From the IMG/VR virus record IMGVR_UViG_3300032236_001858: 64,000 bases of DNA. One strand, given 5' to 3'. Under the pieces are notes generated by a model, which was not told the DNA's origin, ran no database searches, and was given only the letters and a program-made list of their open reading frames with translations. Shown piece by piece: positions 51,811 to 62,800 of the stretch (the first letter of the stretch is position 1; the number at the start of each line of letters is the position of its first letter). Position numbers and translations under genes: made by a program. This DNA is from a virus (lineage: Duplodnaviria > Heunggongvirae > Uroviricota > Caudoviricetes).

Positions 51811-54540
51811 ATGGCATCTACACCTCTTTATAAGTTTTTAAAATCGAACGGAACTTCGTTTTATGCTTTCCCAGGTGCGGCTGAGGATATATCAGCGGCT
51901 TACCAGAACTCGAATTACAAGATGTACTTCTCAAAATTTGTGTTATTAAACTTTCCTAAACAGAACTTAACATCTGGTACAATGTCAAATAAAATAGTAT
52001 TTGACTTTGATAATTCATTCCAAAAGTCAGTTAATGCTACACCACCTCCTACATATAATGAAGCTATTATAGAATCTTTGAGAAACTATGTAGCTAACCA
52101 AGAGGTTGTTATTAGAGAATCAAGATTAAACAATACTAAATATTATTACGATACAAATGCTTTAGAAACACCAACTGAAAAGATATTTTTCAAATGGGCT
52201 AAAAAACTAAATCTTATTGATTTTGAACCAGCTATTCCTGGCGATCAATATTTTAGTAATTTATCAGAGTTTCAAAGAAATAATATTAATGATGACTCTT
52301 ATTTTCCAGAATATTTATGGAGAGAAAGACAAGTTATTGCTTGGGATGCTATTTCATTTTATCAAACAGGTGTTTCTGGTTATAGTCAAAAGTTAGAAAT
52401 TGAATTTAGTGGTACTACTAATTTCAAAGTAGGTGATAAAGTTAATATTTTTAATGTTAGTAATTCAAGCATTTATAACAATGATGGTTATAATACTCAA
52501 CTTGTTGATTCTCAATACTCTACAGGTGTTAATACAAATGTTCTTTATATTATTCCTGCTGGTGCTACACAAGGTCAAAAAATTGTAATGGATATTGATT
52601 CTACAATGTCTCAACATTATGAAACTACTGGTCAAGTAAAATTAGTTTATGATAGATTTGTTCAATATATTGGTGAAATCACAGGTATTTCTAATGTTCA
52701 GGAAGCAAATAGAAACTATACAGAGGTGCAGGCTCTTATTCCTGACCAAGCTGGTGCTACTCCTGATATTTTATTTAGAACTAATTATGATGTTAACTAT
52801 AAACCAAACTTAACATTTCCAATTTTACCAAGTCAATATCAGCCAGAGATTTTAGGTGCTGAGTTATTTACATCCCCTATTGTTAATACTCCTCAGAATT
52901 ATCCTGGTTCTTATTTTGCTCAATTTGATACTCCAGATTTTACTTATGAAACAGCTACTGGTGATTCTTTAAGAAGAAGTGGTGCTTATTTTGGTGTTTC
53001 TGGTGATATTAACAACCCTATTGTTAATGGTTCAACAATTGATGGTGTTGGTGTTGATTTCAATACTAGTCACTATGTTAAGATGAATATTTATAACAGA
53101 ACGCTAACAAACTTTGACCAATTTAACGCTTTGGAAGTTAACAATACACCACCATCCGATTTTGAATATAATGCTATTTTATGGTATTACACCGTTCAAA
53201 AAACTGATTTAACAGGTATTGTTACAACTAAGACAAATCTATATGGTGTTTCTTTCTTGGATAATCCAGATAATAATCCAGTTGATGCTGAAATAGGTAT
53301 TAGATTTCCTATTTATAAGAAAATGGTTTCTAATGGTAAGCAAGATGGTACTTCTTATGCTTATAGCTTAAACTTAAATTTCAATATAGTAAATGATAAC
53401 CCTCAAATGGCTTATAACCCAGAGGCTATTAATTCTTTATTTAGCATGAATTTATTTAATCAGGCTATGTCAAGATTGTCATCTACAAATGATAGTTTTA
53501 TGAATGTTTTATCTAACCAAGGTGTTTTAGAAGATGAATTGAATTCTATAAAACAATTACTTTATACACAAACTGATATTTCAACAATTAATCAAAAAAT
53601 TGCTAACCTTGAAAATCTTTTAAGATTGTATTCTTCAAATCAGTTAGTTAGTACTGATAGTATTTCAGTTGTTACAAATCCTGGAACTCCGGTTTCTATA
53701 TCTTTGTATAATACTGAAACATCATATACGACTATCAATAACATTAATACAACAGACTTGTACAATACAAGTGGTATAATTCCTTTGAATTTAGTTGTTC
53801 CTCAAAATAAAAACTTTTTATTAAATATTGTTAATAACGATTCAGTTGCTTTAACACTTCCTAATAATGATAGATTGACTATTGTTTTAGATACTGACTT
53901 AGCTTATAAACAAAGTGTTGATGTTATGATAACTGGCACACAATTAGCTTCTCAAAATAAAAAGTTAGATATTTATATCAATACAACGGTGCCTTCAACT
54001 ACAACTACGACATCTGCGACTACAACAGAAGCACTTTTAATTGGTAATATTGATTTACCTGTTTATTATAACACAACAACTTCATTACCTAACTCAGCTT
54101 ATTTGTGGTCTGATTTTAACTTTGGTATTGATCTTAATCAAACTATACAATATACGATTGGTAATTTATTAGAAGTTCCTTTGTCTGGTAATACTTTAGT
54201 ATTGAGTAACTCTATTAAAGCAGGTGATAGTTTAAAATTAAATAATTTATTTGTTGGTACGGCTTCTGTGTTTAATTTCTCAGGTCAATATAAAGTTGAC
54301 TCAGTTGTTGGTTCTACAAGTTCATACATTAGATTAGATGCTACTAGCAATCCTGATTTAGTTGCTTATGGTGCTTCATCTTCATTACCTCTTTATATTC
54401 ATGGAACATCTTCAACATTATTATCAAATAATCCTTATTTTAGTTTGAATAAAGGTTTGAAGATAAGAGTAACAAGAATCAATTCTTCAGATGTTTCAAT
54501 TGCTGATAAATATCAAATAGACGTTCAAGATATAAAATAA
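51811..54540 (+). CDS. Large putative virion structural protein
   Basis: 909 aa, N/S/T/Y-rich, short coiled coil LEDELNSIKQLL...IANLENLL; in the structural block. Confidence 0.7.
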   Translation: MASTPLYKFLKSNGTSFYAFPGAAEDISAAYQNSNYKMYFSKFVLLNFPKQNLTSGTMSNKIVFDFDNSFQKSVNATPPPTYNEAIIESLRNYVANQEVVIRESRLNNTKYYYDTNALETPTEKIFFKWAKKLNLIDFEPAIPGDQYFSNLSEFQRNNINDDSYFPEYLWRERQVIAWDAISFYQTGVSGYSQKLEIEFSGTTNFKVGDKVNIFNVSNSSIYNNDGYNTQLVDSQYSTGVNTNVLYIIPAGATQGQKIVMDIDSTMSQHYETTGQVKLVYDRFVQYIGEITGISNVQEANRNYTEVQALIPDQAGATPDILFRTNYDVNYKPNLTFPILPSQYQPEILGAELFTSPIVNTPQNYPGSYFAQFDTPDFTYETATGDSLRRSGAYFGVSGDINNPIVNGSTIDGVGVDFNTSHYVKMNIYNRTLTNFDQFNALEVNNTPPSDFEYNAILWYYTVQKTDLTGIVTTKTNLYGVSFLDNPDNNPVDAEIGIRFPIYKKMVSNGKQDGTSYAYSLNLNFNIVNDNPQMAYNPEAINSLFSMNLFNQAMSRLSSTNDSFMNVLSNQGVLEDELNSIKQLLYTQTDISTINQKIANLENLLRLYSSNQLVSTDSISVVTNPGTPVSISLYNTETSYTTINNINTTDLYNTSGIIPLNLVVPQNKNFLLNIVNNDSVALTLPNNDRLTIVLDTDLAYKQSVDVMITGTQLASQNKKLDIYINTTVPSTTTTTSATTTEALLIGNIDLPVYYNTTTSLPNSAYLWSDFNFGIDLNQTIQYTIGNLLEVPLSGNTLVLSNSIKAGDSLKLNNLFVGTASVFNFSGQYKVDSVVGSTSSYIRLDATSNPDLVAYGASSSLPLYIHGTSSTLLSNNPYFSLNKGLKIRVTRINSSDVSIADKYQIDVQDIK

Positions 54541-54585
54541 GTGTCTTTAATTTTTAATATATAAGTTAAAATAAAAAGATACATT

Positions 54586-55761
54586 ATGGGAGTTACATGT
54601 GGTGCAAGTCTATTCGGTAGTAATAACAACCAATTTATTAAAACTAATGGTGGCGATTTTATAGCTGTTGATGGTTCGGGTACCAGAGAAAGACTTATTC
54701 TGTCAGATTTAAGAATACCTTACAAACAAATTCTAAAAAGTAGAATCATACTTAAAGTAGGACAAACAAATTATTTACTTAATTTTTTAGGATTAGGTGA
54801 TAATGCTACTTTTCTTTGCATGAGAGCAAGGTATGATAGTAAATCTGTTATTGAAGCCGATAATTATATAAACTGGAGTTATGCAGATGATTTAACTAGA
54901 GTTAATTATTTTGCTGATATGATGGTTTTAACAGGCAATTCAACAAATAGAGTTCCTCAATTGTATCTTACAAATCCAAGTACCAAATATGCTGTTTCTA
55001 TTGATATTATGGTTGGTATTATAGATGATTCTTATTCAATATTTACAGACACTTTAAATCAAAGTGGTACATCATTTGTTAATCTTGAATATACTGATAT
55101 TCATAGTCATATTATTGGTGAATCTATTGTTATTAATGATAAGAGTTCTCCTGTAAAACCTTTAATTTATATTAGATTAAGTGATATTAATTCTATTGAA
55201 AGAAGTGGTCAAATTTTAATTATTGACGATTCAAGCTTAGGTATTATTTTCTTACAATTCTTAACATTAAATGATACTTATCAAGCTCACTCGTTATTAA
55301 ACTATGTTTTACAACATCCAAATACAAATATAGATACTTTACAACCAACGGTTGCTGATTACGCGGATCCTGTTCTTTATTTCTATGGAAATGTTGGTAA
55401 TACCGCAAGTGGTGATTATATCACATTTAGTGGTGCTACAACAAGTATTCCTTATAATACATCTCAAGGATTTACATTCTCAACATCTATTTCGTTGGGA
55501 ACATTTGGTACTGGTAGTACTGGTGGTTCAGCAAGTGCTTATTTGGATAAATCACAATTAATTTATTTACTAGTTGATCATATCACAGATAATAGAGATG
55601 GTAGTATGTATATGTTACCTTCTAATATAATAATATCAGGTACTGGTGGAAGTGTTAGTAATATTGCAGCTGCTGGCACTTATTCATTAGCATTTGATTT
55701 CTCTGATATAGCTCATAACTATTTAGATGGTGTAATAGTAAACCTTAATATAACTGCTTAA
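54586..55761 (+). CDS. Putative virion structural protein
   Basis: 391 aa beta-rich; late promoter motif upstream. Confidence 0.65.
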   Translation: MGVTCGASLFGSNNNQFIKTNGGDFIAVDGSGTRERLILSDLRIPYKQILKSRIILKVGQTNYLLNFLGLGDNATFLCMRARYDSKSVIEADNYINWSYADDLTRVNYFADMMVLTGNSTNRVPQLYLTNPSTKYAVSIDIMVGIIDDSYSIFTDTLNQSGTSFVNLEYTDIHSHIIGESIVINDKSSPVKPLIYIRLSDINSIERSGQILIIDDSSLGIIFLQFLTLNDTYQAHSLLNYVLQHPNTNIDTLQPTVADYADPVLYFYGNVGNTASGDYITFSGATTSIPYNTSQGFTFSTSISLGTFGTGSTGGSASAYLDKSQLIYLLVDHITDNRDGSMYMLPSNIIISGTGGSVSNIAAAGTYSLAFDFSDIAHNYLDGVIVNLNITA

Positions 55762-55778
55762 AAAATTAAAATAAAAAG

Positions 55779-57692
55779 ATGATTTTTAGTTACAATACAT
55801 TTTTGAGACCGGTAACACCAACTGATAATAATATTCAAATATTAGATAATAATGGTGTTGTTGTTTATACAATAAACCCATTTTCTATAGGAACTACAAG
55901 AGTTTCAAATAATGTTTTAGAAATATCTTTTAAAAGTGGTAAAACAATACCTCTTCAATTTTCTTCTCAAAATGAAGCTAAAGTGGCTTTAAGTTTACTT
56001 CAGTCACAAATTGATATACTTTTAACAAAGACTCCAACCGTTATTGATACTCAAATTAAAAACTACATTGAATATGTAGTTAGTTTAAGTAGCTCTTCTG
56101 GTACATCAGGTAGCTCAGGTTCAAGTGGTTCTTCAGGTGTTGATGGTACATTTTATGGTTCGTCAGGCTCTTCCGGTATTAATGGTACTTCAGGTATTAA
56201 TGGTACTTCAGGAGTTAATGGCACCTCTGGTCATAATGGTACCTCAGGTGCTAACGGTACATCGGGATCTGATGGTACATCCGGACACAATGGGTTAAAT
56301 GGTAGCTCAGGTACATCGGGGACATCAGGCATTTCTGATATTTTACATGGTACATCTTCTACTTATCTTTCGGTTCCAGATGTTGAAGAGTTTGTATTTT
56401 TAACAACACAACCTGGTTTAGGTTTTTCAACAAATCAAACAGTTGTTGTTTTTGATGATGTTAATGGTTACGCTAACTATTATTATATTGATGGTGATGA
56501 TACTTTAGGTATATTTTATGGTTATATTGACTCTTATGATCAGCAAACAGGTGACATGAGTATTTACACAGCTTTATCTTTTAATGTTGGTTCAACATCA
56601 AGTAATTGGGGTATCAATTTAGCTGGTATACCTGGATCGAGTGGTTCAACTGGTGTATCTGGTACATCTGGTTCAAGTGGCACATCTGGTCACTCTGGTA
56701 CTTCTGGTTCAAGTGGATCATCAGGGACTTCTGGTTTAAATGGCTCTTCGGGTACATCTGGATCAAGTAGCACATCTGGATCAAGCGGCACATCGGGTAG
56801 CTCAGGATCAAGTGGGTCAAGCGGATCATCAGGAACTACATCAACTGGTCCTCAAAACTATACTCAAGTTTTAGGATCAAAAGTAACTGGTGTAACAACC
56901 ACAGGCGTCACTCTTGTTTCTGGTAGTATTACTACAAATGGTGGACCTGTTAGTATTACAGCTACTGGTGATGCAAACCCTCAAGGTGGCACAGCTTGGG
57001 TAAGATTGCAAATATACAGAAATAGCACACCAGTTGGTCAAATAATACAAGCTGAGAATGGTTCAAATTTAAATATACCTTATTGTGTTACATTTATTGA
57101 TACACCAAGTGCAGGTACTTATACCTATTCAATGAGAACTGTTAGTGGTATAGCTGGAACATTGGACTTTGGTGAAGTTAATGGTCCAACACTAACTATG
57201 ATTGAATTAACGGGTTCTGGTACATCTGGATCATCAGGTTCTGCTGGTACATCAGGTAGTTCGGGTACTTCACCATCAACAGATTTAACATTAAGTGGAA
57301 ATTTAGTTGTTAATGGTCAATCAACATTTACAGAGGTAACAGAGGTTATCAATCAAATACCAGCTGGTGCTACTGCTTCAACTGTTACATATGATTTCAG
57401 TAATGGTGATATTTGGTATCATGGAACAGCTTCTCAAAACTTTACAGCTAATTTTATAAATGTACCTACTACAACTTGGAGAACAATTACTACTACAATT
57501 TTAATTAATCAAGGTCCTACTGCTTATATACCAACTACTGTAAAAATAAATGGTACTGCTTCTACTGTAAAATGGGCAGGTGGAACTGCTTCAGGTACAG
57601 CTAATGGAGTTGATATAATTGGATTTAGTTTTATCTATACAAATAGTGGTATTCCTACTCAAGTGTTAGGTCAAATAAATTCATTTAGTTAA
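55779..57692 (+). CDS. Tail-fibre-like protein with Gly-X-Ser triplet (collagen-like) tracts
   Basis: (GTS/GSS/GIN)n blocks at about 56089-56330, 56629-56841, 57217-57270; C-terminal TVKWAGGTASGTANGVDIIGF. Confidence 0.75.
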   Translation: MIFSYNTFLRPVTPTDNNIQILDNNGVVVYTINPFSIGTTRVSNNVLEISFKSGKTIPLQFSSQNEAKVALSLLQSQIDILLTKTPTVIDTQIKNYIEYVVSLSSSSGTSGSSGSSGSSGVDGTFYGSSGSSGINGTSGINGTSGVNGTSGHNGTSGANGTSGSDGTSGHNGLNGSSGTSGTSGISDILHGTSSTYLSVPDVEEFVFLTTQPGLGFSTNQTVVVFDDVNGYANYYYIDGDDTLGIFYGYIDSYDQQTGDMSIYTALSFNVGSTSSNWGINLAGIPGSSGSTGVSGTSGSSGTSGHSGTSGSSGSSGTSGLNGSSGTSGSSSTSGSSGTSGSSGSSGSSGSSGTTSTGPQNYTQVLGSKVTGVTTTGVTLVSGSITTNGGPVSITATGDANPQGGTAWVRLQIYRNSTPVGQIIQAENGSNLNIPYCVTFIDTPSAGTYTYSMRTVSGIAGTLDFGEVNGPTLTMIELTGSGTSGSSGSAGTSGSSGTSPSTDLTLSGNLVVNGQSTFTEVTEVINQIPAGATASTVTYDFSNGDIWYHGTASQNFTANFINVPTTTWRTITTTILINQGPTAYIPTTVKINGTASTVKWAGGTASGTANGVDIIGFSFIYTNSGIPTQVLGQINSFS

Positions 57693-57693
57693 T

Positions 57694-59778
57694 ATGATAT
57701 CAAGAATTAGTAACTTTTCAGGACCTTTATCACCAGCTTTTAGAATACTAGTTGGTGGATTTACAACTGATGGATTAATTTTAAGATATGAAATATCTGA
57801 TAATAATTCATATTCAGGTACTAATATTATTACCGACTTAGCTTTTAATAGTAATGCCACATTATATAATGGTCCAACATATTCTATAAACGGCTACATA
57901 AATTTTGATGGTGCTAATGATTATTTACTTACAAACACATCACTCAATTCTAAATTATCACCGATTAATACATCATCTATAATATCACATTTTATTTGGA
58001 TTTATCCAACTGATAATGGTGTTATTGTTTCTGAACAAGGAAATCCACCATTAAATTCAGGTTGGCATGATTCTCAAATTGAAATAGTTGCTGGAAATTT
58101 AAAATTTGGATTATGGCAATCTCCTGGTGGTGTATCAAGTCTAAACTCATCAATTACAACTCCATTTTATAATTGGTATTATGTTGGTCTTACTTATGAT
58201 GGTGCTATAATGAGAGGTTATGTAAATGGTCAATTTGCTGGTTCTAAATCGGTTTCAAGGTGGACACCATATAATAACGGAGGAGGTGTTGGATTAAACT
58301 ATGCTATTGCTGCTAATGATGTTACAAGTTTAGGTGATGGTAGTCCAGCTAAAATGAAGTTAGGTGCTTTTCATGTTTATAACACAGCTCTTAGTCAGCA
58401 ACAAGTTCTTAATAATTACAATTATACTAAATCTGATTATATTTATACTGGTAGTATGTCTATTTGGCTTGATGCTAATGATCCAGAAAGTTTCTCAGGT
58501 GGTTTAGTTAATGATTTAAGTGGTAATAATTATACACATACTCTAACATCAGGTGCTACTTCATCTACAATATTTGGTTTTAAATCTTTTGACTGTACCA
58601 CTGGACTTAAAAGAATTGAAGTTAATGGTACAGGACCTACACTACCAACAACTGGATATACATATGTTGTATGGGCACGACTTATAAGTGATAATTTCTC
58701 ATCATATAGAACTTTACTTTATACAAACATATCAGGTGATAAATATACACCAATTACTGTTCCCAATGGGACAAATACATTAGGATGGTGGGATAGAAGC
58801 GCCGGTCAGTTCAGATCTTCTGGGTATGGTCTAACATCTTCTGTTGATGTTTGGGTCCAATATGCTGTTGTTGGTGATAGTTCTTCACAAACATACTATA
58901 TAAATGATACACAAGTAGGAAACTCAGTTCCTTACGGTATTAGTGGCACAACTACACATTGGGGATTAGGTAATAATGCTATAGCTGGTCAACCTTTTGG
59001 TTATGTTGGAAATATGATGTTTTATAGTAAGAAACTAGCACTGAGTGAGATTAAACAAAACTATGATGCCTTAAAGCATGTTTATGTTAATGGAAATTTT
59101 GTAATTAATAATTTAAGACTTTATTTTAATCCAGATAGTTATTTAAGTTATCCAGGCTCTGGAACAACTGTTAATGATTTAAGTGGAAATTCATTAAATG
59201 GTACAATTTCAAATATTACTTTTAATAAATCATATTTTACATTTAATGGTTCTAATTCACAAATTGCTATTGCTGATAATGCTTTATTAGAGTCCGGCTC
59301 AGGAGATTGGACTATGGAGTCTTGGTTTAATACTAACACCAGTTCCGGAAGTCAAGTTGTTTTAGGTAAATTTAGTGGAGGTAACTCATCTGATGTTTCT
59401 TATTCTATAAGAATTAGTGGTACATCATTATTCTCTCAAATTGGTAATGGATTGGGTGGTACATTAAATGTAAACTATGCTAATTCTACATCTTATACAA
59501 TAAATACCAATACATGGTATCAAATTGTTTACGTTTATTCAAATAGTACTGATACTTTCAAAACTTATATAAACGGTAGTTTGATAGGTTCTATTTCTTG
59601 TACTATTGGTAACCTACTTAATAACTCAGCAAATTTATACATAGGTTCATTTAATAATGGTCAGTTTGCTCAATATTTTAGTGGTCAAATTGGTATAGTA
59701 AGATTATATAGCTCTGCTTTAAGTGATTCTGATGTTTCTAAAAACTTTGAAGCAAGTAGAAGTATCTATAGTATTTAA
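57694..59778 (+). CDS. Tail-associated protein with three LamG/concanavalin-A-like domains
   Basis: INFDGANDY, WYYVGLTYDG...YVNG, FHVYNTALSQQQV; FNGSNSQI, WYQIVYVY...YING, VRLYSSALS. Confidence 0.8.
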   Translation: MISRISNFSGPLSPAFRILVGGFTTDGLILRYEISDNNSYSGTNIITDLAFNSNATLYNGPTYSINGYINFDGANDYLLTNTSLNSKLSPINTSSIISHFIWIYPTDNGVIVSEQGNPPLNSGWHDSQIEIVAGNLKFGLWQSPGGVSSLNSSITTPFYNWYYVGLTYDGAIMRGYVNGQFAGSKSVSRWTPYNNGGGVGLNYAIAANDVTSLGDGSPAKMKLGAFHVYNTALSQQQVLNNYNYTKSDYIYTGSMSIWLDANDPESFSGGLVNDLSGNNYTHTLTSGATSSTIFGFKSFDCTTGLKRIEVNGTGPTLPTTGYTYVVWARLISDNFSSYRTLLYTNISGDKYTPITVPNGTNTLGWWDRSAGQFRSSGYGLTSSVDVWVQYAVVGDSSSQTYYINDTQVGNSVPYGISGTTTHWGLGNNAIAGQPFGYVGNMMFYSKKLALSEIKQNYDALKHVYVNGNFVINNLRLYFNPDSYLSYPGSGTTVNDLSGNSLNGTISNITFNKSYFTFNGSNSQIAIADNALLESGSGDWTMESWFNTNTSSGSQVVLGKFSGGNSSDVSYSIRISGTSLFSQIGNGLGGTLNVNYANSTSYTINTNTWYQIVYVYSNSTDTFKTYINGSLIGSISCTIGNLLNNSANLYIGSFNNGQFAQYFSGQIGIVRLYSSALSDSDVSKNFEASRSIYSI

Positions 59779-59853
59779 AGTTTTTATCTACTCAAATTGA
59801 TAAAATTATATTTTATAATTTAATATATACCTTATAAAAATAATTAGACAAAA

Positions 59854-62800
59854 ATGGGTTTAGTATTAAGAACTTCACATATGCCTATGCCAATAGGAGC
59901 AACCGTATCTAACCATAGATTAACAGTTGAGCAAATGGATAACAACTTTATCTTTTTGCAAAATTTATCACATAGTATATCACCTTTAACCGTTAGTGAG
60001 GCAAAAGATTTAATGTCTTCATCTGGGGTTGTAACTGGTCAGTTCTATTTAATCACAGATGCTGCTCCTTATTTATATGGCACACAGAGTGATTTTGGGT
60101 TTGGAGATGGTACAAATATAATTGTTCAAGGTTTAGATGAAAATACATTTTCTACAAATGGTTGGGGTAAGTTTTATAACCCTAAATATAACGATTATGA
60201 TGTTTGGGATTACGGAGCTTCTTATAGCGTAAGTTCTATTGTTATTTATGGTGGTCGTGTTTGGCATAAGGCTACCAGTACAGGTAATGATGGTAGTAAT
60301 GATTACTTGAATCTTGATACTGACTGGGTTCCATTGTCTCATCTTGATGAAACATATTATAATGTTGTTTGGGATGAAATCGAACATATTATTGATGCTG
60401 AAGTTTATGGGTATGGTGATCCAATTTCTTTTATATCTTCTAGATATGATGCTAGAAATAATAACTTAGTTAAAAATAATCTTGCTGTTTTATTTTATTA
60501 CTGTCAAATGGATCCTATTCAAGGATTTAGATGGGGTCACGATTTAAATTTGATAGATAATAAAGGTGTTGGTAATTGTGAGGTTATTAACTCATACTTG
60601 GGTTGTTTGAATTTTGTCTCAGGTTCAATTTATGATATTTATTTAACAGGATTTTCTCATATTTATGATATAAATTTAAGATCTTCTTCACTTTACGGTA
60701 TTAAACTAAGTAATAATTCGGGTTTACATAATTTTAGTGTTGTTGATGGTTCAAGTATTTATGGTGTTGAGATAGATAATGATTCTAGCTTTTATAACTT
60801 TGATATAAGTGGTTATATATCAAACGTTAAAATATCCAATAACTCTGATATACATAATTTTGCCTTAGAAGGTTATATGAATGATATAACAGTTGAGAAT
60901 AATTCTGTAATTAATTTAGATAATGAGTTATATGGTACATTTGAATCTATATTGGTTAGTAATTCTTCATCTTTTAATAGTATCTACCTAGATAACAATA
61001 ATTCAATTTCAAATATTACTGTAAGTGATGGCTCGGAATTTTCAAATGTAAGTTTATATGATAATTCATATATTGAATATGTAGAGGTTCGCCTTAATTC
61101 TAATTTTGGATATATGAATTATTATAATGATGCTTATGTTGAGAACATTATATGTGAGAATGAGAGTTCAATAGGTTATGCTAGTCTATATGATACTAAC
61201 TTGGATTCTATTAAAGTTAGTAATGATTCCTATATTGAATTTAATAGTAATTTATATGGTGGTTATTTATATGGAATTGATATGACAAATGACTCTTCAA
61301 TCTATGACTTATCAATGACAGCTTCTTCTTATATTGACACTGTTAGAATGGATAATGGTTTAATTCAAAATATAGAGATGACTAATAGTGGTTATTTGGA
61401 AACATTAACTATAGAAACAAACTCTTATATAGAAAACTTGTACCTTGATAACTCATATATTCAATATGTTAATATTTCTGAAAATTCTAGTATTTCTTAC
61501 TTACAAGATGACTATGGGATGTACAATTCATATTTGACCTATATTGAAATATCAAATAATTCGGCTATTGCTTATACATATATGGATAATTCATATATGG
61601 AATATATTAAACTTACCAATGAATCATATATAGGTGGTTTATTTTTGAATAGAAATAATAGCACATCCGAGTCTTATCTTTCAAATATTGATTTAACAAA
61701 TAACTCATATATATCTGATGATGATGATACTATCTATCTTGATAAAGGTTCTTATTTCCAATATGTAAATTTGGAAAATAACTCATATATAACTGGTTAT
61801 ATGAAATTAATTAGTTCAAATTTAAGTAATATAACACTTACTAATGATTCTTATATTGATGCTGGTTATCATGCTGATGGTGACAATGTTGATAATTATG
61901 GTAATTATAGCTATAAAATGGAGTTACATAACTCTAATATATCTCAGTTAACACTTAATAACAACTCATATGTAGGATATGGTCATATATCTTTAACAGC
62001 TTCATCTGCTATATACAATGTTACTTTAGACAACTTCTCTTATATTAGAAGCTGGATATCATTAGATGATTCTGGTATGGGTCATTTCTCATTAACTAAC
62101 CACTCTAAATTTGGTAAAACAAGTAGCAATGGTTCAATTGAATTATATAATGGTTCGGCTATTGAATACTTAACTATGGATAATGCACTATTAGATGGTT
62201 TTATTTATATGGATAACTCATCTATGATACAAGTTAATTTAAATGGTTTGCCTAATCCAGATGATGGTAATTTTGGTAATAGTAATTATTCAAACTACTA
62301 TGATTTTGATATCAATAGCGCAACATTTGGTGAGGATATTGAATTATATGATTCGTTCTTACAGGATATACAAGTTTCTAATGGTGGTCACTTTGGTGGT
62401 AATTATGGTAGCATTTATCTTGAATCTAACTCATTTATGAGATCTATAAAATTAGATAATGGTTCTATTTTCACAGATGTTTATTTAGGTAAGTCAAGAA
62501 TGGAGTATGTAGAAGTAACTAACGGTTCTTATATCTATAATATAGATTTAGAAGGTACTGATGGTTCATCAATTACATATTTAACCGTTAATAACTATTC
62601 ATATTTTGGTGATTATATTTATTTAGATAATGCTTCAATGCAATTTATTGAAATTGATAATAACTCACAACTACAAGGTAGTAATCACGGTGATGGTGAT
62701 ATTAGTTTGTATAGCGGTTCTTATTTAGAAAATATTAAATTATCTAACTACTCTCAAATTACAGGACCTTTATCTTTACATGACACTTCATATTTTACTT

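Noticed and set aside
49345-57270. CRISPR array or DNA tandem repeat in the GGTACTTGG and GGTACATC/GGTTCA-rich tracts
   Set aside because: The units are in-frame protein repeats with synonymous variation. There is no constant 25-40 nt repeat with unique spacers anywhere I could see.
917-62440. Short track ORFs nested in or antisense to long genes (e.g. 917..1102, 1494..1742, 4420..4665, 12174..12392, 19448..19780, 32171..32443, 49277..49639, 49464..49646, 49471..49725, 56614..56829, 60133..60387, 62243..62440)
   Set aside because: They overlap well-supported genes, lack motifs and promoter boxes, and those in repeat regions simply mirror the periodicity of the real protein.
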